A DNA stretch of 64,000 bases from the NCBI GenBank assembly GCA_963826715.1, contig CAWGYA010000002.1, positions 448,001-512,000 on the forward strand, in the 5' to 3' direction. Both the position numbers and the translations under genes were made by a program. This stretch comes from Candidatus Bathyarchaeota archaeon. Its GTDB lineage: Archaea > Thermoproteota > Bathyarchaeia > Bathyarchaeales > Bathycorpusculaceae. The notes beneath the pieces are model-generated. The model was given only the letters and a program-made list of their open reading frames with translations. It ran no database searches and was not told where the DNA came from. This document shows, one piece after another, positions 30,062 to 39,960 of this stretch (its first letter is position 1; every line of letters starts with the position of its first letter).

Positions 30062-30130
30062 ATTCTATCCCTCTGACGATTCCTTTAATCTAAAGTCTTT
30101 GCAGGCACCGACTACCGCTATGAGGCTATT

Positions 30131-33100
30131 TTACTTCGTAATTCTCTTGATTTTGAGCCGAACATTTTCTTTGTTGTCTGCTTTCAATATTCCTTCTATG
30201 AAGGAATCGATACTCTCTTTGAAATTGTCAACTTTTAAAATGTCAGTCTCTTCAGTCAACTTTTTGTATAGATCAACAAGGTCTACTTCCTTGATTTCCA
30301 AATGCCGCAGTAAATTGTTTATGGCTTCGACCGTTTTATCATTTATTTCTTTATCTAGATATCCCTGCGAGATTATTCTTTGAATTATTCTTTTTTCGTC
30401 ATGTTCAAGGTTTGAAAAATTATTTTGGTTCTGAATTATTTCTTCAACAATACGAGACTCCCACATTTGTAAAATTTTTTCGAAACCCTGATTCAAAGCC
30501 TCAATTTGCGAATTTATGTTTCGTAGTGAATCCTCATTTAGATTTGGAAACTGGCAATGTGGGCAAATAGTTAGAGTCTTTAATTCATCAACATTAAAAA
30601 CAAGGCATTTTAGGTCCCTAAGTTGGGCAATCCTAAGCATGCCGTCAGTGAATGAGCCGTCATTATTGTAATTTATTTTTTGCAATATCTTTAATCGTTT
30701 TACCGTCTCAGAATTCTCTATATCCTCAAGTGTTCTCCAGTCAACTTTCTTTCCAACATATTTCTCGTGTGTATCATAGTAAATTTGCTGCCATTTTTCT
30801 TTGAAAAGCTTACCTTTGCCTTTTAGTGGTTCTCTTTCATCATTCTTGAGCATTTTTTTAATGCTGCTAACTATTAATTTTGAGTCGTCATAAATTTTGA
30901 GTAGTTGTTCACTTTCATTTGATTTGAAGAAATCAGATTTTATACACTCGTTAACGTTTTTCATGTAACTAATGTCTGATTGAATGTACGTAAAGTAATC
31001 ATTGAAAAAGCTCTTTAATTTCTGAATAGTATCGTAGCCTTGCTTGATCTGATTAATTCTATCTGGGCTGTAATCCAGCTTTTTGAATTCTACAATTGAT
31101 TTTATTCTTAACTTTGAGAAATCGACTTTTTCAATCTCTTGAACCTTCTCATTTAGAGCTTCAATAGGGATCCCAATATCTATCGATTGTTTTAGTCTTT
31201 CAAAATCCTCGCCAATTTCTTTAATGTCCTTTTGTATTCTTTCAACCTTTTCTATGTATTTCCTGTAAGCTTCTGGTCTATCTCTTTGAGTCTGCAAAAG
31301 ACTCTTGTCCTCACCTATTGCATCAAATAACGTTTGAACCTTTGAAACATTGAGGTCTTCTTCTTTTTTGATGTATGAAATATCATCAAAAGCTCTGAGT
31401 CCTCCACTAAATAGCGTATAGAAATCCGAAGCGGAATACAGGTTACCTCTTTTTGAGCTCAATATTATGTCGCCATTTCTTAGAAGCACAGCCAAAATTA
31501 ATTGCGTCAACTCACCCTGAAGACCGAATGGTTTTTTGGAAAACTCAGTTAGCACTTCCTGAATTGATATATTCTTGCCATCCTCTAACTTGTCAAGAAT
31601 GACCTTTGTATATTCGCTCTCTGTTGTATCAAGTCTATTGTCCTTGTACAACCCAAGAGGGAGCAAGATATTTGTTGATTGGGTTAAGAGGTCTTGCACA
31701 ATTCCTTGCTGTTTCTGGGAAATATCCCTTAAAATAGACTCAATTGTCCCTCTGATGTTTTCCGATGAGAGTTTTGACCTAAGTTTAGGGTACTTTGAGA
31801 ATTCTTTTGTAAATTCTTCATTCAAAATTCTCTGCTTTATCTGACTAAATATTTCAGCGCTTACATCAGCTGAAACACCTAAATCCTCCCCAAGTCTGCA
31901 ATTCTTTCCCTGATAGGTAATTTTCGCGTTTTGTAATGCTTCAATGAGGCGAGGTCTTAGCTCTCTATCAATTTCATTTCTTTTTTTATTCTGCATTATA
32001 GAGACATAAGCTTTGGTTTTGATAAACTCGTCAATTGCAGCTAATCTCTTGATACTGTGGCTAAACCGTTCTGAAAAAGCTAAACTAATTTGGATATTTC
32101 TTTTATGATTGACCTTCGTTTCTTTAATGCCATAACCCAAAAAAGTTACTGCATAATCTAGATTGTCTTTGACATCTAGCTCGTATCCAATATCAATCAA
32201 CAGTGTACCATTTCTAAAGGAGTTTCTATCATTCCAATGAGCGGAATCATCAAGAACATATTTTTGACTATTTTCAAAATACGACAGTTTATCAGCTTCA
32301 AGTAAAATATCCAGTTCTTGTAAAAGAAAGCTCTCAGCAAATCTTTCATTAACATACTTGAGATCATCCATATTTGCGACTTTATTTTCAATGATGACAT
32401 CTATGTCAATCGTTTTTTGCAGATCTAAGTAATAAACGCCATCTTCACTTCTGCTGATAAGTTGACCATCAGATACCTTTCTTAAATTTTCAAGAATTCT
32501 TTCTATATCATCCACTGGATTGAGTATTTTACTAGTAGGAATAACGAAAAGCGTATTTGCAAGCTCTTGTGCAGTTGCGCCGTTTTTATTTGAGGCATTA
32601 ATTAAGTTGAGTATTGCTAATGCCTTTACAAGCTTGAGCGCTGTAGGTCTAAGTTTCGCATCAATAAGGTCAATTTTCGATTTAAGAGTGTCAACAGCTT
32701 CACATATTGGTCTAACCTCAGGATTGTTTTTGATTGTTGACACTTTTTCCATATCATCATAGATTTTATCATATGTTATGAAAGCCGGAAATTCTTCATC
32801 TAAGACACGTCTTATCTCCTTACTCAAGAACTGTATGATGCCTCTCTTTTCATAGAAAGGTAACTTTGAGAAAACTTCAATTACGTATGGGTGAATTGGA
32901 TAAATGTTCACGTATTTGGACTCTTCAACGGCTAAATTACTAAAATAGTGAGCGATTTTACCAAACTCTTTTGTTAGTTCCATTTTTTGATTGGCATTCT
33001 TGCTTACAATCCTCTTAGAAATCATTTCTTCTACGCTTTCATTTGTGATGTAGATAGGCAAGTACCTTTGTTGAGCTCTTCCTATTTCGGAGGATTGATC

Positions 33101-33772
33101 AACATATTTTGGATCTTGAAAAATATTCTGCTGCATCGACACCATGAACATAAAATCAAGTGTGTTTGAGCATTCACCTAATTGCCGGTAAACCTGAATA
33201 TCAAAATTCATATCTTCCCTTTTCTTCTGCCTTAGAAAGTCTGAAAACTCATCAAATATAACCAAAAGGCCTTTCTTTGGATCTTTATTTTTTATGTCGT
33301 CAACGATCTCCTGGACAAGTTCTTTGACATTTTTGTCACCTTTTTCGGGATCCATTTCCCTTATCTCAATTCCATAAGTCTCCCTGAGTTGTTTTCTAAC
33401 TCTGTAAAAAAATGTCCTTGCAAGTGATCTGTTTTGAACAGCATCAAGCTCATACTTCACAATAAAGAATTCTCTTTTAATTGAGCCTAACTTTTCTCTA
33501 ATTTTTTCGTTTTTAACATACTCAATTAATGTTGAATTGGATAAGACTAAGGAGAGAAATCCTAAAAGATGGGATTTGCCGGTTCCATAATTTCCGATTA
33601 TGTTGGCTGATTTATGCTTCTGGGAATCCAATACGCTGAGTAAATCAAGCAATTCTTCCTCAAGAGTTGGAGAAATTACATATTCCTCAACTAATTCTTT
33701 CTCGTTCTTAATCGATCCAATCTCTATGACGTCTTGTATTTCTTGGTAGTTGATGATTTGATTGACTTTCAT
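30131..33772 (-). CDS. brxC: BREX ATPase BrxC/PglY (DUF6079-like)
   Basis: GNYGTGKSH Walker A, VIFDEF Walker B, YPIHP, C-terminal CPHCQF. Confidence 0.85.
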   Translation of the reverse strand: MKVNQIINYQEIQDVIEIGSIKNEKELVEEYVISPTLEEELLDLLSVLDSQKHKSANIIGNYGTGKSHLLGFLSLVLSNSTLIEYVKNEKIREKLGSIKREFFIVKYELDAVQNRSLARTFFYRVRKQLRETYGIEIREMDPEKGDKNVKELVQEIVDDIKNKDPKKGLLVIFDEFSDFLRQKKREDMNFDIQVYRQLGECSNTLDFMFMVSMQQNIFQDPKYVDQSSEIGRAQQRYLPIYITNESVEEMISKRIVSKNANQKMELTKEFGKIAHYFSNLAVEESKYVNIYPIHPYVIEVFSKLPFYEKRGIIQFLSKEIRRVLDEEFPAFITYDKIYDDMEKVSTIKNNPEVRPICEAVDTLKSKIDLIDAKLRPTALKLVKALAILNLINASNKNGATAQELANTLFVIPTSKILNPVDDIERILENLRKVSDGQLISRSEDGVYYLDLQKTIDIDVIIENKVANMDDLKYVNERFAESFLLQELDILLEADKLSYFENSQKYVLDDSAHWNDRNSFRNGTLLIDIGYELDVKDNLDYAVTFLGYGIKETKVNHKRNIQISLAFSERFSHSIKRLAAIDEFIKTKAYVSIMQNKKRNEIDRELRPRLIEALQNAKITYQGKNCRLGEDLGVSADVSAEIFSQIKQRILNEEFTKEFSKYPKLRSKLSSENIRGTIESILRDISQKQQGIVQDLLTQSTNILLPLGLYKDNRLDTTESEYTKVILDKLEDGKNISIQEVLTEFSKKPFGLQGELTQLILAVLLRNGDIILSSKRGNLYSASDFYTLFSGGLRAFDDISYIKKEEDLNVSKVQTLFDAIGEDKSLLQTQRDRPEAYRKYIEKVERIQKDIKEIGEDFERLKQSIDIGIPIEALNEKVQEIEKVDFSKLRIKSIVEFKKLDYSPDRINQIKQGYDTIQKLKSFFNDYFTYIQSDISYMKNVNECIKSDFFKSNESEQLLKIYDDSKLIVSSIKKMLKNDEREPLKGKGKLFKEKWQQIYYDTHEKYVGKKVDWRTLEDIENSETVKRLKILQKINYNNDGSFTDGMLRIAQLRDLKCLVFNVDELKTLTICPHCQFPNLNEDSLRNINSQIEALNQGFEKILQMWESRIVEEIIQNQNNFSNLEHDEKRIIQRIISQGYLDKEINDKTVEAINNLLRHLEIKEVDLVDLYKKLTEETDILKVDNFKESIDSFIEGILKADNKENVRLKIKRITK

Positions 33773-33776
33773 AGCA

Positions 33777-34244
33777 TTACCAGCCTATTACGAATCCTTC
33801 GTTGTTGGAGATATCTAACTCCATATAATCGGGAGTACCTTCCTCTGAATAGATAAGTAAGTTATTCTTCCTTTTTGCTTTTATAAATAAAATGATAACT
33901 TTCTTTTTCCTTGTAAGATAATTAAAAGTATTAATCGGATTTATCTTGCCAACTTCCTCACTGAAGAGATAATCGATATTGTCAAATGCAATCACGTCAG
34001 AGCCCATATTATGGAAAAAATCCCGAAGTTTGTCTGCTGCTTCTTGATCTCTATCTTTTTGAGGAATTGCTAGTAGAAGTTGAGCTAACTCGGCGGATAG
34101 ATTGAAGACTTGTATATTATTTTCTAAACAATATTTCTTATAAAAGTCAGGATCGTGTGACTTGGTTCTTTCGTCATTTATTATTATTAGCTTGTTATAT
34201 TGCTCTTTAGCGCTCTCTATCAACTTAGCAAAATCATTCATCAT
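33777..34244 (-). CDS. brxF: BREX type 3 BrxF-like protein
   Basis: 155 aa first gene; NLSAEL...FDNIDYLF...LIYSEEGTPDY. Confidence 0.7.
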   Translation of the reverse strand: MMNDFAKLIESAKEQYNKLIIINDERTKSHDPDFYKKYCLENNIQVFNLSAELAQLLLAIPQKDRDQEAADKLRDFFHNMGSDVIAFDNIDYLFSEEVGKINPINTFNYLTRKKKVIILFIKAKRKNNLLIYSEEGTPDYMELDISNNEGFVIGW

Positions 34245-34498
34245 TAACGCTCACCAAACAACCCATTATACTGAATACTCATACTACCAGTAACCAATTT
34301 TACAGTTACAGATTCGTTCAACGTCAGACATTTTAGATTTTATACAGCCGTCTTGGTATTTAATACTACCGTGTTAGCGGAATTATCAATTCTGTCCTTT
34401 TGCTTTTAGTCATCAATCGCTCTTGACTAAAGGAGGGTATCCGAAAAAATACAGCATTAATATAAACCAAAAAATAGATAAATCAACCCATCTCAAGA

Positions 34499-35239
34499 GT
34501 GATAATAGTGTTAATTGGACTTTACGAAAGTTTCGATCCTGTGTGGGTTTACAAAATTCTGAGGTTAAGTATTCCGGGTGTAAAATATAGTTCAGTTGAG
34601 CCTCAATTTTCTTCTATAATAAAAGTAAGAGGCAACAGAACAAGGAAGAACATCATCACAGAAGTGAGACGACACTACCTAGAGTTAGAAAGAAAAGCTG
34701 GAGTTGAATACTTTAGCAGCAATTATCTCCATACCCTCTCTATTGAGTATTCTTATGAAACGATTAAGCCGATCTTACTCTTTACGCTAATATGTAAAAG
34801 TGGAATTGTAAAGTCAATTCAAGAAAAAATTAACTTGAGATATTTGCATTGCCCAAAAGTAGATATCGACGCTTTATTGAATGCTGCAATCCAAAAATTT
34901 GGGGATAGAATTGTTATCACTCGTGCAGTGCGCAATTACTTATCCATTCTTGAGAATTTTGGGGTAATCAAAAGCTTAGATAATGATGAGTTTGAGATAC
35001 AAAATACGAAATCCAATTGTCCAACCTATGTAATTAAAGACATGATTCTATTGTATGGCCTTTATAACTGTAAAATAGAGATTCATTTGGATGAGCTCCT
35101 AAGCGATGTTTCATTTACTTATGTCAATCTTATTGAAATCGAAGATGTACTAAGAGAATTTAATTCAAAGGATTGGTCATATCAAAAAAGGATTGATTCA
35201 AGCATCTTATACATAAGAAAACAACTAAACAAAAGGTAA
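34499..35239 (+). CDS. Second BrxA-like paralogue, divergent from the operon
   Basis: Colinear with 22024-22749 (WVYKIL, GVEYF, NYL, IKP.LLFTL, IKDMILLYG, LREFN, YQKR.DS). Confidence 0.75.
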   Translation: MIIVLIGLYESFDPVWVYKILRLSIPGVKYSSVEPQFSSIIKVRGNRTRKNIITEVRRHYLELERKAGVEYFSSNYLHTLSIEYSYETIKPILLFTLICKSGIVKSIQEKINLRYLHCPKVDIDALLNAAIQKFGDRIVITRAVRNYLSILENFGVIKSLDNDEFEIQNTKSNCPTYVIKDMILLYGLYNCKIEIHLDELLSDVSFTYVNLIEIEDVLREFNSKDWSYQKRIDSSILYIRKQLNKR

Positions 35240-35410
35240 TATTGTCTATCTGTACCAGTTTAATAGTCTCCTTATGAAGCGACCTTAATTTCGAAAAGAA
35301 AAAACTGCTATTTGGGAAAATGGATTTTTTTATGGAAGTTGTAGTGCGCTCTGCAAAAAAGGGGTGCACTATTTCTGACGAGATTGTTTTGCTGAATAAA
35401 TTTCAGTGTG

Positions 35411-35870
35411 GTAGTAGTTGTTCTAGGTCGAAATTCTTAGGTTGAACAACAACTTCTACTTTGACTTGCTAATAGAATGTTTTGCACCTAAGATTAATGG
35501 TTAAAAGAAGAAGAAGATTGAAAAAAATCGCGCTTCTTCTTCTACTATGTTAACTATGCATTTTTGAAACACATTACATAATACTCGGTAAAAAAAGTTC
35601 TTCAAACAAGAGAAGTAGTAGTCTAGTTGAAATTTGCAGCATCGACTACTACTTCCAAAACTCAATGACAATGGTGAAAGAACAACAACACGTGTTATTT
35701 CAATTGTTGTTCTTCTCTTGGGGTTTGCCATAACACTACTGGGTTGAAAGAAAAAAAATCAGTTTTTTCCTAAAAATAGCAATTTTTTCTTCTTCTCTTA
35801 GAAGCTTATAAAAGTCGGGTTTTTGGTAGAAGAAAAAAGAGTTGGTGCAAACAGCTGTTTTTTTTTCTTC
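35411..35870. repeat. Array of inverted repeats / hairpins in a non-coding region
   Basis: Arms 35411-22/35448-59 (11/12), 35506-16/35533-43, 35612-23/35644-55, 35678-88/35704-14 and 35829-38/35861-70 (all perfect). Confidence 0.8.
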
Positions 35871-36220
35871 AAATAGCAAAGAATTGGAGCAGAACAAAAA
35901 AACTATCTTTTTTTCATGCTATCTGTTTCTTGTCTTATTTTAAAAAGAGAAAAGTTAGAAGCATTCTTTGGGATAAGAGTTAATTTTGTTTTGTTTGCCA
36001 CTTTTGTTCAGACACTCTTACGCCAAGGAAGATTAATGACAGTTAAGTTAAGAGTTAAGCATAAAACACTTTTTCCATTCCGCTTCAAATTCTCAGAATC
36101 CACATCACAATAGACTTGAATAATGAAAATAAACTCTGTTCTGGAACCTGACAAAAAGCTAATTAGAAGCCGTTTAATGGTTAAAATAAGCCTAAATTGA
36201 GATTTTTGAGGCTTTGAAAA

Positions 36221-36940
36221 ATGGCGGAAAAATGCAAAGGCATGGATGATTTTGAAAATGTAAGGGGGTTAGCTGAACACGAAAAGCAGTTGTTGGACTC
36301 ACTTTGTGAATCGGAGCTTGATCTGGGAGTTTTCAGCAACCCTCAAACTGGCAATTCAGCACAAGAAAGTCCTGATCGGAAACGTAAAACAGGTTTGAAG
36401 GGGCCAGGTTACCGTAGAAAGCATGTTTATGTCAAGAGTATTTCGCAATATAGGGAGGAACGCAAACGCAGAAAACAAGTTTGTGAGCTGTCGGGTTTAA
36501 GCCAGGAGGAGATAGCTAAGCGGTTGGGTGTTAGTGTTCGGACGGTTCAGCGAGATCAAGCTAAAGCTAAACCGTATTATCAGGGTAGGTTTAACCGTTT
36601 TTGCAGGGAGCTTCATGAAAAGGAAATGCGGGAGTTTAACGAAACCTCTGAAGGTTTATCTTTGCCTCAAAGAGCCAAGGTTTTGACGAAACTACTTGAT
36701 CGCCAAAGAAAAGAGGAGGAGTCGCATAAGAGGCATTTGCGCACGTTTTTCATAGATATCGATCTGGATCGCTGTAACTCTGAAGGATTTCCCGGAGCGA
36801 AGTCTTTCATAGCAAGCCATAATTTGAATTTGAAAGACGGCATCCAATTTGTAGTTGTTTTTCGAAAGAATGGACAAAAACACGCTATCAACATAGGCAA
36901 TTTGGCTCAAAGCACTAATACATCGAATAATCCATACTAA
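36221..36940 (+). CDS. HTH DNA-binding protein
   Basis: GLSQEEIAKRLGVSVRTVQRD. Confidence 0.75.
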   Translation: MAEKCKGMDDFENVRGLAEHEKQLLDSLCESELDLGVFSNPQTGNSAQESPDRKRKTGLKGPGYRRKHVYVKSISQYREERKRRKQVCELSGLSQEEIAKRLGVSVRTVQRDQAKAKPYYQGRFNRFCRELHEKEMREFNETSEGLSLPQRAKVLTKLLDRQRKEEESHKRHLRTFFIDIDLDRCNSEGFPGAKSFIASHNLNLKDGIQFVVVFRKNGQKHAINIGNLAQSTNTSNNPY

Positions 36941-36970
36941 ATTGACCTGCCGCTAAAACCGTTATTTTAA

Positions 36971-36991
36971 TACACAGAATACACAGAATAC
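36971..36991. promoter_or_regulatory. 9-bp tandem repeat next to TATA-like TTTATA, upstream of the RHH gene
   Basis: TACACAGAA-TACACAGAA-TAC then TTTATA. Confidence 0.4.
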
Positions 36992-37041
36992 TTTATATTA
37001 CAATACAACCCATGTGTACACACCTAAAAGAGGAGTCAAAA

Positions 37042-37515
37042 ATGCCCAAAAACGTAACAATTTATCTTTCCGACGAAATCGCCGGAAAAATGGAAAAATA
37101 TCAAGAAGTAAACTGGTCAGAGATCTGCAGAAAAGCCGTAATTGACTACATAGACACACGCAGCAACATAGATTTAGGCCCTCTTATAGAAAAACTCAAA
37201 GCAGAACGCAACGAAGCCTACAAACAAGGCCAAATACTCTTCTACAAAATAGCGCCAGAAATGGGTCTTAGAGATTTTGAAATTTGGTATCCAAAAATCA
37301 GCCAAACGTTAATTGAAGACATCTGCGTCGCAGAGTCAACCCCCCTCCCAGCTGCCGTAGCCACTACACGAGCAATCAGAGGAATGGCTCATATGATGGG
37401 CAGTTTTTGCCGAGAAAAAAACATACCTTATCCCTCAGATGCTTCTGACGCATTTTGGCAAGGAGCTATAGCTGCATTCATGAGTGTTTTCACAAAATTT
37501 GCCAAAGTCATCTAG
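37042..37515 (+). CDS. Ribbon-helix-helix regulator-like protein
   Basis: MPKNVTIYLSDEIAGKMEKYQEVNWSEICRKAV; GAGGAG SD before ATG 37042. Confidence 0.7.
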   Translation: MPKNVTIYLSDEIAGKMEKYQEVNWSEICRKAVIDYIDTRSNIDLGPLIEKLKAERNEAYKQGQILFYKIAPEMGLRDFEIWYPKISQTLIEDICVAESTPLPAAVATTRAIRGMAHMMGSFCREKNIPYPSDASDAFWQGAIAAFMSVFTKFAKVI

Positions 37516-37762
37516 AGAGGGAAAAAATTTGGCAGCAGCAATCTCACCTAAAAGAAAAGCGCTCTTCATCAAAGGCTTCCATGATGCTGAAAAACTTATC
37601 CGCATAGCTAAGTGTGAAGCGGCTAAAACAGGCTTAAAAGGAAAAATTAACGTGTTGGACCTTGGACACTACATTCCGCACATTGAAGGTCAAGCGGTTA
37701 TAGTAGAAGAGGCTGGTAGTGAATATACGGTTGCAGGTAGCGGCAACTTAAAACATGAGTAA
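37484..37762 (+). CDS. Hypothetical protein (element core)
   Basis: Packed co-directional ORF; true start may be further downstream. Confidence 0.5.
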   Translation: MFSQNLPKSSREGKNLAAAISPKRKALFIKGFHDAEKLIRIAKCEAAKTGLKGKINVLDLGHYIPHIEGQAVIVEEAGSEYTVAGSGNLKHE

Positions 37763-37765
37763 ATT

Positions 37766-38134
37766 ATGGATGAAAAACTAAGAAAGGAACTAAAAGAATT
37801 AGCCCAAATACTAGATGCAGCATCAACTAGGATCTGGCAAACCCTAGAAAACCCTTCTCCCGCCAGCAACTCTGTGTCAACGGTTAATGAGCTTAATTTT
37901 AGCACCCTAAAGTATGAGCCTCAACAAGGCACCAAACTTGGAGACTATGAAATTGCCCACAAGCAAAGTAACCTTGAAGACAAATGGCGTCCAGCCTACG
38001 CAATTCTGCGAAATAGCAACGCAACAATAAAAGACCGCTACCACGGCGAAACCTACCAGTACAGCTATTGGCTTTATGGCGAAGACAAAATCTACAGACA
38101 AAAACTACCCAAAATGGGCAAGATTAAGCCTTAA
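37766..38134 (+). CDS. Hypothetical protein (element core)
   Basis: 122 aa, ATG, operon packing. Confidence 0.65.
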   Translation: MDEKLRKELKELAQILDAASTRIWQTLENPSPASNSVSTVNELNFSTLKYEPQQGTKLGDYEIAHKQSNLEDKWRPAYAILRNSNATIKDRYHGETYQYSYWLYGEDKIYRQKLPKMGKIKP

Positions 38135-38158
38135 TAATCAAGGACAAGGGATAAGCCA

Positions 38159-38533
38159 ATGGTTTCTGTTGATTTTTCCTTGGGTTCAGCCGTATACATC
38201 CGCTATAAAGACCATGTTCTGTTCAAGAATACCAAGCACCCCTTAGAAGAAGCAATAGAACGGGAAACCATAGGCTGGCTATCGAAAGAAAACAACGAAA
38301 TAATTCTTGTAGAACACGACAGAACAACACCAGACATTAAACTAAGTAGCGGCCAAACCACTGGATTAATCATTATAAAAAGCTGCATAACGGAAATTCG
38401 CAAACTGCCACTACAAGAAATTTCAGAGTGGCGCTTAAATTCTCAGAAAACAACAGATGAAGCAGAGTATGCGCTTCAACCAACGAAGCGAAAAACTCGC
38501 CACAACCCAAACAGGACGGGAGCAGCCAAATGA
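38159..38533 (+). CDS. Hypothetical protein coupled to the integrase
   Basis: 124 aa; ATGA overlap with the integrase start. Confidence 0.65.
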   Translation: MVSVDFSLGSAVYIRYKDHVLFKNTKHPLEEAIERETIGWLSKENNEIILVEHDRTTPDIKLSSGQTTGLIIIKSCITEIRKLPLQEISEWRLNSQKTTDEAEYALQPTKRKTRHNPNRTGAAK

Positions 38534-39960
38534 AAACCGTAACCATAACGGAGAGCTCCCGAGGCAATAAACTGCAAAAACCATTGACTCTCACCTTACC
38601 TGAAGCAGAGACAGCCGCCGACAAAAAACTCCAACAATATATTATCGATGCTTTGCTAACCAGAATGCCAAGCCTAGTAACTTTAACCTTTCAAAACACC
38701 ACAACCATAGAACTAGCAAAACACCTTCTGCGACACAGAACTGGTAGTCCAGCGACTCTCTATCAATACATCTACGGTGTCCACCGATTCAGTCTATGGA
38801 CAAACACCCAACCGGACCAACTTGTAAAAGCCTGCCAAGATCAAGACGGCGACCCTAAGCCCAAAGTGCTATCACAAACCAGTCGAATGCTAGATGACTT
38901 CGTAGCCAACTTACAAGCGGAAAATCTGGCTCCAGGAACCGTAAGCAACCACGTCAAAGGCGTCAAAGCACTATTCCGATGCAACGGACTAAAACTCGAA
39001 CTACCTTACAATCTGAGTAAAAGAAGCGTCTACGAAGACCGAGCACCATCACCAGAAGAACTGCAAAAAATGCTTGAATTAGCCGACCTACGCGAACGTG
39101 TACTAATAACGCTCTTAGCGTTAGGCGGATTTCGCATCGGTACCCTATCCAAGCTGCAATATCGCCACGTCAAGCGCGATCTAGAAAAAGGCATAATTCC
39201 AATCCATGTTCATGTCGAATCAGAAATAACTAAGGGCAAATACCACGACTATGACACATTCCTAGGACAGGAAGCAGCCGAATACCTCAAAGCTTACCTG
39301 GATATACGCAGACAAGGCAGCCCAACAGGCAGAAAACACCCAGAAATATTAAACGACAACTCACCCCTACTCCGTGACGGACAAAGCAACCTTGCCAAAC
39401 CAATAACCACAGGCAGAATCCACTCAGTTGTCCACAACCTCTACGTCAAAGCAGGACTAGTCACAAGCAACCCCCGAGGAAGACGCTACGACCTAAGAGC
39501 ACACAGCATACGCAAATACTTCCGAACACAACTAGCATCATTAAGCATTCAAACAGACTACATCGAATACATGATGGGGCACACAATCAGTACCTACCAC
39601 GACATACGCATGAAAGGCATAGAATTCCTCCGCGGAGTGTACATCTCTTCAGGACTAAGCATAAAACCCAAAACACGCCTAAACAAACTAGAAGCCCTCA
39701 AAGAAATGATTCGCGCATGGGGACTTAACCCCGACCAAGTCATGTCAAGAGAAGCACTAGCCCAATCCAACACAACCGTAATCGACCGAGCCCAACAGGA
39801 ACAAACTCAACTGACACAACTAACCGCCGTTTTAAAGCAACAAATGATCAAAGAAATCTACGAGAGTCAAGGTCCAAAAAGTATGAATTCACGCCTGGGA
39901 CACAGTAGCCCGGGAGAGATTCGAACTCTCGTCAAAGGGTCCAAAGCCCTCTATGCTTGA
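38530..39960 (+). CDS. Tyrosine recombinase/integrase; 3' end overlaps tRNA-Gln antisense
   Basis: Catalytic R (GFRIG), K (TKGK), HSIR, MGH, Y. Confidence 0.92.
   Translation: MKTVTITESSRGNKLQKPLTLTLPEAETAADKKLQQYIIDALLTRMPSLVTLTFQNTTTIELAKHLLRHRTGSPATLYQYIYGVHRFSLWTNTQPDQLVKACQDQDGDPKPKVLSQTSRMLDDFVANLQAENLAPGTVSNHVKGVKALFRCNGLKLELPYNLSKRSVYEDRAPSPEELQKMLELADLRERVLITLLALGGFRIGTLSKLQYRHVKRDLEKGIIPIHVHVESEITKGKYHDYDTFLGQEAAEYLKAYLDIRRQGSPTGRKHPEILNDNSPLLRDGQSNLAKPITTGRIHSVVHNLYVKAGLVTSNPRGRRYDLRAHSIRKYFRTQLASLSIQTDYIEYMMGHTISTYHDIRMKGIEFLRGVYISSGLSIKPKTRLNKLEALKEMIRAWGLNPDQVMSREALAQSNTTVIDRAQQEQTQLTQLTAVLKQQMIKEIYESQGPKSMNSRLGHSSPGEIRTLVKGSKALYA

Larger units (their letters stand above)
2616..39919. 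mobile_element. Integrated element / defence island (~37.3 kb) in the tRNA-Gln 3' end
   Basis: Direct repeat GTAGCCCGGGAGAGA at 2616-2630 and 39905-39919 (tRNA 3' end); tyrosine integrase at the tRNA end; defence cargo between. Confidence 0.9.

Noticed and set aside
35240-36220. CRISPR array, or coding ORFs 35501-35731 and 35916-36113
   Set aside because: No conserved direct repeat with unique spacers and no cas genes; the ORFs are short, low-complexity by-products of the hairpin region
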